Positions 1 to 7,699 of a DNA stretch of 64,000 nucleotides are shown in pieces (within the stretch, counting starts at the first letter, position 1; each line of letters begins with the position of its first letter). The DNA comes from an uncultured Candidatus Saccharibacteria bacterium (GTDB taxonomy: Bacteria > Patescibacteriota > Minisyncoccia > Phycocordibacterales > Phycocordibacteraceae). Position numbers and translations under genes: made by a program. Location: contig CAZJPR010000003.1 in the NCBI GenBank assembly GCA_964548265.1, forward strand, positions 279 through 64,278. The letters run 5' to 3'. A model generated the notes under the pieces. That model had not been told where the DNA came from. It did no database searches and was given only the letters and a program-made list of their open reading frames with translations.

Positions 1-1
1 C

Positions 2-1142
2 GACCCCCTTATACGTATACGACAGGGCAGTCATCGAAAAGCGCTGCCGCGACCTTCGCAGATACTTCCCCGATACGAAGATTTTCTACGCCGTCAAAGC
101 TAACAGCAACCCTGAACTCCTGAAGATTATCCAGAAGGAAGGTCTCGGCATTGAGTGCGTTTCACCGGGTGAAATCAGGGCAGGGCAGGCGGCAGGTTTC
201 CCCAAGACCGCAATCAGCTACACTTGTTCGAATCAGATGGAGAGCGACCTTCTCTTCGCTGCACAGAACGCAGGCTACGTGCATATAGATTCCCTCGTGC
301 AGCTTGAGACGTGGGGCCGTAAGAAGCTTGGTAAGGAAGTATCGCTTCGCATCAATGAAGGCATTGGCACTGGGCACCATCGCCACGTCGTGACCGGAGG
401 ACCTGACAGCAAGTTCGGGATCAGCGAGAAGGATATCCCTGCAGCGCGCCGGATTGCCAAGAAGTACGGACTTGTTATCGTCGCGGTCGAGCAGCACATT
501 GGTTCGAACATCCTCAACAAGGACGCAAATATTTTCTTGCGCTCCGTGCGCAAGCTCCTACGAACGGCACGCAGTTTCCCGGACGTAAGACATGTGGACT
601 TCGGCGGGGGCTTCGGCATCCCGTACAAACCAACAGATCGTGCGCTCAACTTAGCTACGCTCGGCAAGGAATTCACGAAACTCACCGCTGCCTTCCGCAA
701 TGAACGACCGGGAGCAACATTCGCCCTCGAACCAGGACGCTACGTGGTGGCTGAGTCGGGGACCCTCTACGCCTCTGTGGTGGACCTTAAATCAACGTCT
801 AAGCATGACTTCGTGGGAATAAACTCTGGCTTCAACCACCTCATCCGCCCGGCCATGTACGGCTCGTATCACCCCATACAGAACGTCAGCCGAAAAGGCC
901 CACAGAAGTCCATCACCGTTGCAGGCAACGTGTGTGAATCCGGAGACATCTTCGCCACGCATCGGAAGATCGCGAGTCCAAAGATTGGTGACCTCCTCGC
1001 CATAGGGAATGCTGGCGCCTACGGCATGAGCATGGTCTCTGTCTACAACCTACGCGAGCTCCCGAAGGAAGTGCTCATTGAGAAGGGGAGGACACGCGAT
1101 ATTTCTTTCTCTCCAGAAGCAAGGGTGCGAGCAAAGAAGTAG
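2..1142 (+). CDS. lysA: PLP-dependent fold-III decarboxylase, diaminopimelate decarboxylase-like (5' end lies outside the window)
   Basis: Frame 2 is open from the window edge; motifs YAVKANSNP (PLP lysine), EPGRYVVAESG and CESGD match LysA/ODC-family decarboxylases. Confidence 0.75.
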   Translation, partial: TPLYVYDRAVIEKRCRDLRRYFPDTKIFYAVKANSNPELLKIIQKEGLGIECVSPGEIRAGQAAGFPKTAISYTCSNQMESDLLFAAQNAGYVHIDSLVQLETWGRKKLGKEVSLRINEGIGTGHHRHVVTGGPDSKFGISEKDIPAARRIAKKYGLVIVAVEQHIGSNILNKDANIFLRSVRKLLRTARSFPDVRHVDFGGGFGIPYKPTDRALNLATLGKEFTKLTAAFRNERPGATFALEPGRYVVAESGTLYASVVDLKSTSKHDFVGINSGFNHLIRPAMYGSYHPIQNVSRKGPQKSITVAGNVCESGDIFATHRKIASPKIGDLLAIGNAGAYGMSMVSVYNLRELPKEVLIEKGRTRDISFSPEARVRAKK

Positions 1143-1185
1143 CCCTGGAAGCGAGCTGGTACGTCATGGTATAGTGCCAGCCACT

Positions 1186-1256
1186 GCGGCTATCGTTTAG
1201 TGGTAGGACGCGTCCTTGCCAAGGACGAGATGGGAGTTCGATTCTCCCTAGCCGCA
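1186..1256 (+). tRNA. tRNA-Gly (anticodon GCC)
   Basis: Cloverleaf by eye: acceptor GCGGCTA/TAGCCGC, anticodon loop TTGCCAA, T-loop GTTCGATTC, discriminator A. Confidence 0.85.
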
Positions 1257-1265
1257 CCAACATGA

Positions 1266-1294
1266 AGAAAACGGCCCCAAAAGGGCCGTTTTCA
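1266..1294. terminator. Rho-independent terminator hairpin
   Basis: ACGGCCC-caaaa-GGGCCGT followed by TTTTC; A-run upstream, so it could act in both directions. Confidence 0.6.
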
Positions 1295-1465
1295 ATACCT
1301 TGATAAGTCTGTGGATACTGGGGATAAAGGACAAAAAGACAACCTGAAGAAATTATTCTTTTTCTCTTAAATACCCTGTATATCAAGAGTATTTCTTTCG
1401 GTCGTCTTTTATGAAGCGTCCTTCATGTGTATTCAACAAGCGCGTTGTGCTAGGATGCGCGGACC

Positions 1466-1536
1466 GGGCCGTAGTATACCGGTAGTACATCTGCTTTGGG
1501 AGCAGACTGACCGGGTTCGATTCCCGGCGGCCCGAC
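1466..1536 (+). tRNA. tRNA-Pro (anticodon TGG)
   Basis: Acceptor CGGGCCG/CGGCCCG, anticodon stem TCTGC/GCAGA, loop TTTGGGA (G37), T-arm CCGGG-TTCGATT-CCCGG. Confidence 0.8.
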
Positions 1537-1539
1537 TAC

Positions 1540-2742
1540 CTAGTGAATCGCTTCTTTTATCACGTCGAGAAGCTCGGCGGCATCGTCCTCGTATCCTGAC
1601 ACGAGGGCATTCGTATTTCCCGAGAGATAGGTGTCGAGGTCCTTGCCTGTTTCTCGCTTAAACTCGCGGCGTATGTGGTCGATGGTAATTGCTTGAAGAT
1701 CGCGCAATGAAAGATCTGCCTTAACGGTGCGGGTGGTAATGGCCCCTATGAAACGGTCCTTGCTATCCAAGACACCTCCTCCGGAAGAACCTTCCTGAGC
1801 GGCTGCCCCGGCGTTAACAGAAAAGATATCAGGATTGCCTGTTACCTTCGAGAAGGTATACGCCTCCTTAACAGAGCCGAAGGCTATGGTGGGGTAGAGG
1901 GAAGAACGTATCTCAGAGCTTGTGAGAAACTCCGCACCATAGGAGCCACTCGATACCTTGTCTCCCGCAGCTATCCTCGCCCCCGTGGGAGCCAGTTTCA
2001 CCGCAGGGAAGGAAGAGGGCATGGAACCCGTGAGGCTTCGCGTGATCGCTAGGAAGGCGAAATCGTCCTTACCCGTGCCCTTTGGGCGACTGGTTACAAT
2101 GGTTTCAGGATTCTCCTCAATCCATGTGGAGGACAAATAGATGAGCTCGGCATCATAGGCGTTTTTGGCTGGGCTTCCGGTTCGGATCACACAGTTCCCC
2201 GCGTCCTTGGTAGGGAAGTCCTCAAGGAGGAAATTCTGTGCGACGTGTGCAACAGTAATGATGATGCCGCGAGGGTCGATAACCACGCCAGTGCCTGACA
2301 TGCCCTGAACGTTATAGCCTTTTGCTGGAAGACAGATGATGTTAACCAGGGCACCCTTGAGAAGTGCAGTGGTCGATGTGTGCGGTTGAGGATCTTCCGT
2401 TGTTGGGAGTGGAGTGGTGGTCTCCGTTGGCGGAATAACGACCGGAGGGGCGACAATCACCGGCGGGCGGACAGGCGAAGGCGCAGGAAACGTAAGCGTC
2501 GGGGTCGAGGGGGAAGAATCGGTTGCAATGGTGTCTTCAGCGCCCTGGAGTAGGTCGTAGATAACTTCCTCAAGCGTTGGTGGGTGCACGCCAGGGTTCC
2601 AGTTCTCAAGAGCTGGCATTGGTGGGGGAGCGACCGCCACCTTCTCCTCAAGGACATCCGAGCTTCCAACGCCGAGCACGGCGGACACGAGCCCTAGGAT
2701 AAGGGCGGCGCCATTGACGAGGAGTTCCTGAATGGCTGACAT
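1540..2742 (-). CDS. Membrane-anchored trypsin-like (S1) serine protease with proline-rich linker
   Basis: N-terminal TM helix, PT-rich spacer, His motif TVAHV, Ser motif GSSGGGV (GDSGG-like). Confidence 0.7.
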   Translation of the reverse strand: MSAIQELLVNGAALILGLVSAVLGVGSSDVLEEKVAVAPPPMPALENWNPGVHPPTLEEVIYDLLQGAEDTIATDSSPSTPTLTFPAPSPVRPPVIVAPPVVIPPTETTTPLPTTEDPQPHTSTTALLKGALVNIICLPAKGYNVQGMSGTGVVIDPRGIIITVAHVAQNFLLEDFPTKDAGNCVIRTGSPAKNAYDAELIYLSSTWIEENPETIVTSRPKGTGKDDFAFLAITRSLTGSMPSSFPAVKLAPTGARIAAGDKVSSGSYGAEFLTSSEIRSSLYPTIAFGSVKEAYTFSKVTGNPDIFSVNAGAAAQEGSSGGGVLDSKDRFIGAITTRTVKADLSLRDLQAITIDHIRREFKRETGKDLDTYLSGNTNALVSGYEDDAAELLDVIKEAIH

Positions 2743-2820
2743 TATGCGTACGCTACACCATTCATACGAAAAGGGAACGGGTGGGCGAATACATGTCCTT
2801 TATGGTATCCTCGCCCAGAA

Positions 2821-2891
2821 GCGGGATTAGTTTAATGGTAGAACATCAGTTTTCCAAACTGAGAGCAGGAGTTCGATTCTCCTATCCCGCA
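2821..2891 (+). tRNA. tRNA-Gly (anticodon TCC)
   Basis: Acceptor GCGGGAT/ATCCCGC, anticodon stem TCAGT/ACTGA, loop TTTCCAA, T-arm AGGAG-TTCGATT-CTCCT. Confidence 0.8.
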
Positions 2892-2927
2892 CCCTTTAGT
2901 GCTAATCCGAGAGACTGAGGTGCTTAG
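2888..2927 (+). repeat. Left copy of ~38-bp imperfect direct repeat (att-like), starts in the tRNA-Gly 3' end
   Basis: GCACCCtTTAGTGCTAaTcCgAGAGACTGAGgTgCTTAG aligns with 4148-4188 at about 31 of 38 positions. Confidence 0.55.
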
Positions 2928-2972
2928 TTGGTAAGTTTCTAATCCCCAAAGAATCAAGTTAAAGTCTCTGTA

Positions 2973-3530
2973 ATGGTCAAAATACCCAAAGTAACCAGAG
3001 GGAAGCTACTTAAGGCTCTGAGGTCTTTTGAACAGCGACGAGAAAGGTTCCCCAATATAATTCTTCTACAGGAAGCATCTACTTTTGAGATTGACGACCC
3101 ATCTCATCCAGACTCTGACGTAAGCGAGGTAAAAGTGACGGTGAGGATAGAGTATCCAAACTACCAGTACTTGGTAGGAGAAATTTACGGAAGTTCAGAG
3201 CTGCGCGATGGCCCTTTTGGATTCAAGGCACCTGTTGGAATTATTCGTGATGAAGTTCTGCGGATGGCCAACGATGGTTTGGTAACGTTAGAGATGCAAA
3301 GTCCGATTTTTACAAGAATAGATAAAAGGAATGGCGAAGAAGTTCGCTACGACCCGGGCAAATTTTTTAGCAGGGAAGAAATCAAAGACTACAAAACAAA
3401 AATAGTGCTTACTACAAAAGGAAGGAGTGTGCTCGAATACTGGAAGTCTAGCTTCCCAGAAAATGCTGTTGCGTGGCTCTCGCTCTTCGTTTCTCTCCTA
3501 GCATTACTTACCTCGATTTTTATTAAGTAG
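2973..3530 (+). CDS. Hypothetical tail-anchored membrane protein (soluble N-domain, single C-terminal TM helix)
   Basis: 185-aa ORF, AT-rich codon usage, C-terminal hydrophobic segment AVAWLSLFVSLLALLTSIFI; no recognisable family. Confidence 0.5.
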   Translation: MVKIPKVTRGKLLKALRSFEQRRERFPNIILLQEASTFEIDDPSHPDSDVSEVKVTVRIEYPNYQYLVGEIYGSSELRDGPFGFKAPVGIIRDEVLRMANDGLVTLEMQSPIFTRIDKRNGEEVRYDPGKFFSREEIKDYKTKIVLTTKGRSVLEYWKSSFPENAVAWLSLFVSLLALLTSIFIK

Positions 3531-3600
3531 CCCAAATCGAGATGCCTCATTAAGAGGCTTTAACCCTCGCGCCTAGTGCAAATAAACTTATAATAAAAGT

Positions 3601-4062
3601 ATGTCGTCTGCGGTTAATCGAGCAAAAAGGCGTTTAGTAGACAGCATCATTGCTGGGCGACGTAATGCAGAAAACGCAAAATACGGAGCATTCATTGTTC
3701 AGACAAATGAAGTTCAACTCAAACTCGCTTTGGCTGTTTTGCAGCGATCGGGCTTGCCTGATAAGGACTATGTAGAGAAATTGGAGAGATCAGAACTTGG
3801 CCCACTCCTGAATCTATATAAGGCCTGCGTAAAGAGAGTATCGCCAGCAGCCGTAACGCTAGTTCGAGATCTTGGAACATATAAGGGCTACAGGAATCGT
3901 CTTGCACACAAAATGTTCGGAGGAAAAAAGCTGACTCCTGTCGAGTGCGAAGAAGCGATAAAACTGGGAGAGTCTATATTACGGCGTCTGAATCAGTTAG
4001 TGGGTATATATAAAAATGCGAAGCCGAGAGTGCAAACCGAGTGGGAAAAGGTAAAGACCTAG
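3601..4062 (+). CDS. HEPN-like protein (Rx4H motif), candidate RNase/toxin component
   Basis: 153-aa helical ORF with YRNRLAHKMF (R-x4-H HEPN signature, as in DUF4145/HepT/Abi-type HEPN domains). Confidence 0.45.
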   Translation: MSSAVNRAKRRLVDSIIAGRRNAENAKYGAFIVQTNEVQLKLALAVLQRSGLPDKDYVEKLERSELGPLLNLYKACVKRVSPAAVTLVRDLGTYKGYRNRLAHKMFGGKKLTPVECEEAIKLGESILRRLNQLVGIYKNAKPRVQTEWEKVKT

Positions 4063-4147
4063 ACCGAGATGCCTCGACTTCAATCCTAAAACCCCGCCAA
4101 AGAACCCTTGAAGTGCCCCACTCTACCTAGTTCGAGACCGAGGTGGG

Positions 4148-4188
4148 GCACCCACTAGTGCTAGTTCAAGAGACTGAGATACCTTAAG
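4148..4188 (+). repeat. Right copy of att-like direct repeat
   Basis: GCACCCacTAGTGCTAgTtCaAGAGACTGAGaTaCCTTAAG; preceded by 9-bp stem hairpin GTGCCCCAC...GTGGGGCAC enclosing a T-loop-like TTCGAGA. Confidence 0.5.
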
Positions 4189-4222
4189 CATTTTATGCTG
4201 CCCCTTCGGGTATACTCAATAC

Positions 4223-4639
4223 ATGTTAAGCACGCTGCAGTACGGTTTACTATATCTTGTTTCAGTTCCGGTGTTCTTTATCATTGACCTGTTTTGGTTA
4301 GGGATAGTTGCTCCTGGTTTTTATAAATCGCAGATAGGGCACCTACTCAGCCCAACGGTTAACTGGCCAGTAGCAATCGTGTTTTACCTCCTATTTTTAG
4401 TTGGACTTATTATTTTTGCCGTTGCGCCGGCAATCGAGGCTCGTGCGTGGACGCACGCACTATTGTATGGAGCACTGTTTGGTTTTTTTACGTACCTTAC
4501 CTATGACCTAACCAACTGGGCAACAATGAAGGAGTGGCCCGCATTAGTATCAATCGTCGACATTGTGTGGGGGACGGTGCTTTCTGGAGCAGTAGCAACC
4601 ATAACGTACTTACTCGCTACTACCTTTATCATTAAATAG
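4223..4639 (+). CDS. Small integral membrane protein (DUF2177-like, 4 TM)
   Basis: 138 aa, four hydrophobic helices; 4-bp gap to next gene. Confidence 0.55.
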   Translation: MLSTLQYGLLYLVSVPVFFIIDLFWLGIVAPGFYKSQIGHLLSPTVNWPVAIVFYLLFLVGLIIFAVAPAIEARAWTHALLYGALFGFFTYLTYDLTNWATMKEWPALVSIVDIVWGTVLSGAVATITYLLATTFIIK

Positions 4640-4641
4640 TC

Positions 4642-5424
4642 ATGACACCATTGGCTCTTTCATTGGTAGCGCTTCTTGCCTACATGAGTGCGTTATTTGT
4701 CATTAGTCTTATCGTCAAAAACAATGGCGTTGCAGACATCGGGTACGGAATTGCATTTATGATTGTCATTGCGGCAACCTTCGCCCAGACAACAATCACC
4801 GAGCCATTCATTGTGGTCTTAGCGCTCTTACCATTTATATGGGGTGCTCGACTCGCAACTCGAATCTATCGTAAGAACAAAGGTAAGCCAGAAGATTTCC
4901 GGTACAAAGCCTGGCGTGACGCGTGGGGAAAGAGTTTCATCGTACGGAGTTTCTTTCAGGTGTATATGCTACAAGGTCTGGTTGTCTTCATTGTGTGTCT
5001 CCCCGTGACGCTTGCGCTCCTCTACCCATCCGTGCAACCGAACTATCCTCTTGCGTACCTTGGTCTTGCTGTGTGGGTGGTAGGGTTCTTCTTCGAAGTG
5101 GTTGCAGACCATCAGTTAGATCAGTTTATTAACGACCCACAAAACAAAGGATCCATACTGATGCGCGGGTTATGGAAGTACTCACGACACCCTAACTATT
5201 TCGGAGAAAGCACAATGTGGGTAGGTATTGCACTTATCTCCTTGGCGCTTTCCTCGGTACCGCTTGTCGCTCTCGTAAGTCCGCTACTAATTACCTTCCT
5301 TCTTTTGAAAGTGTCAGGGGTACCGCTGCTTGAGAAAAAGTGGGAAGGAAATCTTGCGTGGGAGGTATACAAAAAAAGAACATCGGTGTTTTTCCCACTC
5401 CCACCACGGCTCCCTCATGAATAA
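4642..5424 (+). CDS. DUF1295 / steroid-5-alpha-reductase-like membrane protein
   Basis: Multi-TM ORF with C-terminal RHPNYFGE motif typical of the DUF1295/ICMT/5-alpha-reductase superfamily. Confidence 0.65.
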   Translation: MTPLALSLVALLAYMSALFVISLIVKNNGVADIGYGIAFMIVIAATFAQTTITEPFIVVLALLPFIWGARLATRIYRKNKGKPEDFRYKAWRDAWGKSFIVRSFFQVYMLQGLVVFIVCLPVTLALLYPSVQPNYPLAYLGLAVWVVGFFFEVVADHQLDQFINDPQNKGSILMRGLWKYSRHPNYFGESTMWVGIALISLALSSVPLVALVSPLLITFLLLKVSGVPLLEKKWEGNLAWEVYKKRTSVFFPLPPRLPHE

Positions 5425-6046
5425 ATACATGTATACACTCCTAGCCATTGGAGCCTTACTCATTGCCTGGACGGCAATAAGTTACCTTGTTGAACATTCA
5501 GTTAAGACACCGGCTTATTCGGTTATTGAAAAACGGCACGGATACGAAGTGCGTGTATACCAACCATATATAACTGCTCAGGTGAAGGTCGGCGGGACCT
5601 ATGACGAGGCCTTGAATGAAGGTTTCAGGATTCTGGCTGATTACATTTTTGGAAACAACACAAAACAGACAAGCATCGCAATGACCGCTCCGGTTATCGA
5701 GGGCGAATCTGAGAAGATGGCAATGACTGCTCCAGTGATTGAAAGCTCAAAAGAAGGGAGCCGTACCGTCTCTTTCGTGATGCCGTTTGAATACACGCTT
5801 GAGACACTACCGCAGCCCAACAATCCTAGGATAGAGATTGTCCCGCAAGAAGCACGAAAAGTTGCCGTGCTGAGATTTTCTTGGTTCAGGGACAGTGAGC
5901 GGGTTGCTACGAAAAAGCAGGAGCTCCTCTCGCTGCTTGAGAAAGACTCAGTAGTGAGTAAGGGGGAGCCAGAATATGCGGGGTACAACGCGCCCTTCAC
6001 TGCACCGTGGCTTAACCGGAACGAGATATTGGTTGAAATTAACTAA
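5417..6046 (+). CDS. SOUL heme-binding-protein family protein (secreted/anchored)
   Basis: ATG at 5417 overlaps upstream stop (ATGAATAA); N-terminal hydrophobic signal; similarity by eye to SOUL/HBP fold proteins. Confidence 0.55.
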   Translation: MNKYMYTLLAIGALLIAWTAISYLVEHSVKTPAYSVIEKRHGYEVRVYQPYITAQVKVGGTYDEALNEGFRILADYIFGNNTKQTSIAMTAPVIEGESEKMAMTAPVIESSKEGSRTVSFVMPFEYTLETLPQPNNPRIEIVPQEARKVAVLRFSWFRDSERVATKKQELLSLLEKDSVVSKGEPEYAGYNAPFTAPWLNRNEILVEIN

Positions 6047-6156
6047 CGTCCCGTGGTTCTAACGCGCAGAGACAGTTCGATGTAAGAGGCCATGCCCCCA
6101 TTTTCTCCCCTCCCTGCAGGAAACCTTCATCATTTCTGCATGGTATCTTTGTTGTA

Positions 6157-7608
6157 GTGTTCACAGGGCGTGCTTTATCCGAACCGATTAATACGATTAT
6201 CGATATGCAAAGTAATGTAATGAGAAAGATAGGCGCGGTACTTACCGCCGTCGCGCTCGCGATTTCCGCGTACGCAGCGCTCGGACCGGCCTATACGGCG
6301 CACGCCGCTACGTGTACCTTCAGCCGCGACCTGTACGTCGGGACGACTGGTGAGGACGTGCGCTGCCTCCAGCAATATCTGAATGGTAGTGGCTACAAGA
6401 TTGCCTCCACTGGCCCTGGCGCCCCAGGCGCTGAGACCACTATCTACGGCTCCCTGACGGGAGTTGCCGTTGCTAAGTGGCAGGCTGCAAACGGCGTTAC
6501 CTCAAACGGAAACTTCGGCCCAATGTCCCGCGCCAAGTTCAGCGCGCTCATGGGTGGAGGCAGTACAACCATCCCTCCAATAACTGGCAGCGACCAGCTT
6601 CGTGCAAAGGTTGCCATTCTTGAGGCTGTTGCAGCCTACCAGGATGCCGTTGATGAGGACGGGGACGACGGCCCTCTTGAGGATGCCGCTCAGGACCTTC
6701 TCAATGCGTTTACTCAGTACCTCAACGGAAGTTACGTTCAGGCAATCGCTAGCGCGAACGCTTCAACGGACAGCTCCGATGAGGCAATGGGGAACAGTGA
6801 CGACGACAGCGACAGCAATGACGCTGACGAGAACGACGCAGAAGATGCGATTGCTGACGCAGAGGAAGCTATCGATGACGCTAATGACGCCATTGATGAT
6901 TCCGACGCCTCAGGTAGCGACATCGACGACGCAGAGGGACTCGTAGCTGACGCCGAGGACTTCCTCGACGACGCGAACGCAGCTCTTGATGACGAGGACT
7001 TCGATGAGGCAGTTGATGCTGCAAACGACGCGATTGACGCTGCCAACGAGGCAGAAGACATCGCTAACGGCGACAGCAGCAGCAATGACGGTGACGAAAG
7101 CGATGCTGAGGATGCAATTGCTGATGCGGAAAACGCTATCGATGACGCACAGACAGCTATTGATGATTCCGACGCTTCAGGTAGCGACATCAATGACGCC
7201 GAAGACCTCCTTGCTGATGCTGAGGACTTCCTCGATGAGGCAAATGATGCCTTTGACGATGAAGACTGGGATGCAGCGATGGATTCGGCAGATGACGCGA
7301 TTGACGCTGCTGACGAGGCTCGCGAAATCGCACTTGGAACCAGCGACAGCAATGACGCTGACGAGAACGATGCGGAGGATGCACTCGATGAGGCAGACGA
7401 TGCCATCAGCGAAGCACGCGAGGATCTTGCCGATTCTGACATCTCGTCATCTGACTACAGTGACGCAGATGAACTACTTGATGACGCGGATGACCTTCTC
7501 GAGGAGGCAGAAGACGCCTTCGATGACAATGACTGGGATGAAGTGATTGATCTCACCGACGAAATCATGGATCTCGTTGATGAGGCTCAGGACATCATTG
7601 ACGGATAG
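6157..7608 (+). CDS. Secreted peptidoglycan-binding-domain protein with long poly-acidic (Asp/Glu/Ala) tandem-repeat tail
   Basis: Probable true start ATG 6220 (MRKIGAVLTAVALA signal peptide); PG_binding_1-like segment (TGEDVRCLQQYLNGSGY); then three ~90-aa acidic repeats. Confidence 0.7.
   Translation: MFTGRALSEPINTIIDMQSNVMRKIGAVLTAVALAISAYAALGPAYTAHAATCTFSRDLYVGTTGEDVRCLQQYLNGSGYKIASTGPGAPGAETTIYGSLTGVAVAKWQAANGVTSNGNFGPMSRAKFSALMGGGSTTIPPITGSDQLRAKVAILEAVAAYQDAVDEDGDDGPLEDAAQDLLNAFTQYLNGSYVQAIASANASTDSSDEAMGNSDDDSDSNDADENDAEDAIADAEEAIDDANDAIDDSDASGSDIDDAEGLVADAEDFLDDANAALDDEDFDEAVDAANDAIDAANEAEDIANGDSSSNDGDESDAEDAIADAENAIDDAQTAIDDSDASGSDINDAEDLLADAEDFLDEANDAFDDEDWDAAMDSADDAIDAADEAREIALGTSDSNDADENDAEDALDEADDAISEAREDLADSDISSSDYSDADELLDDADDLLEEAEDAFDDNDWDEVIDLTDEIMDLVDEAQDIIDG
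6800..7605 (+). repeat. Three tandem ~270-bp coding repeats (about 75-80% identical)
   Basis: Repeating blocks gacagcaatgacgctgacgagaacgac...gattccgacgcctcaggtagcgacatc...gaggacttcctcgatga seen three times in phase. Confidence 0.7.
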
Positions 7609-7632
7609 TCGAACTGAGTGTGGCAGACAACA

Positions 7633-7661
7633 ACCGCCCCTGCGAGGGCGGTTTTTGTTTT
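7633..7661 (+). terminator. Rho-independent terminator
   Basis: ACCGCCC-ctgcga-GGGCGGT followed by TTTTTGTTTT. Confidence 0.7.
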
Positions 7662-7699
7662 CCGTTGCACTTCATGTGGAGAAGCGTAGTCTTGAAGAA

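Larger units (their letters stand above)
2892..4188 (+). mobile_element. Degenerate tRNA-Gly-associated integrated islet (no integrase) bounded by att-like direct repeats
   Basis: Lower GC than flanks by eye; direct repeats at both ends; right end preceded by a tRNA 3'-half-like sequence (GTTCGAGACC...GGGGCACCCA). Confidence 0.4.

Noticed and set aside
3546-4076. 11-bp motif CGAGATGCCTC recurring right after the stop codons of both islet genes
   Set aside because: Only two copies and too short to exclude chance; in the first copy it forms the stem of a small post-stop hairpin. Noted but not called as a regulatory element.
6738-7442. 234-aa poly-Ser/Ala ORF on the minus strand
   Set aside because: It is the antisense reading of the acidic tandem repeats (GAC/GAT/GCT codons read backwards as Ser/Ala codons). 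It has no start context, and the plus-strand gene has signal peptide, domain, repeats and terminator.
6800-7605. Possible CRISPR array (regular repeats)
   Set aside because: The repeats are about 270 bp, imperfect, in-frame coding units of a protein with no spacer/repeat alternation; no cas genes anywhere in the window.
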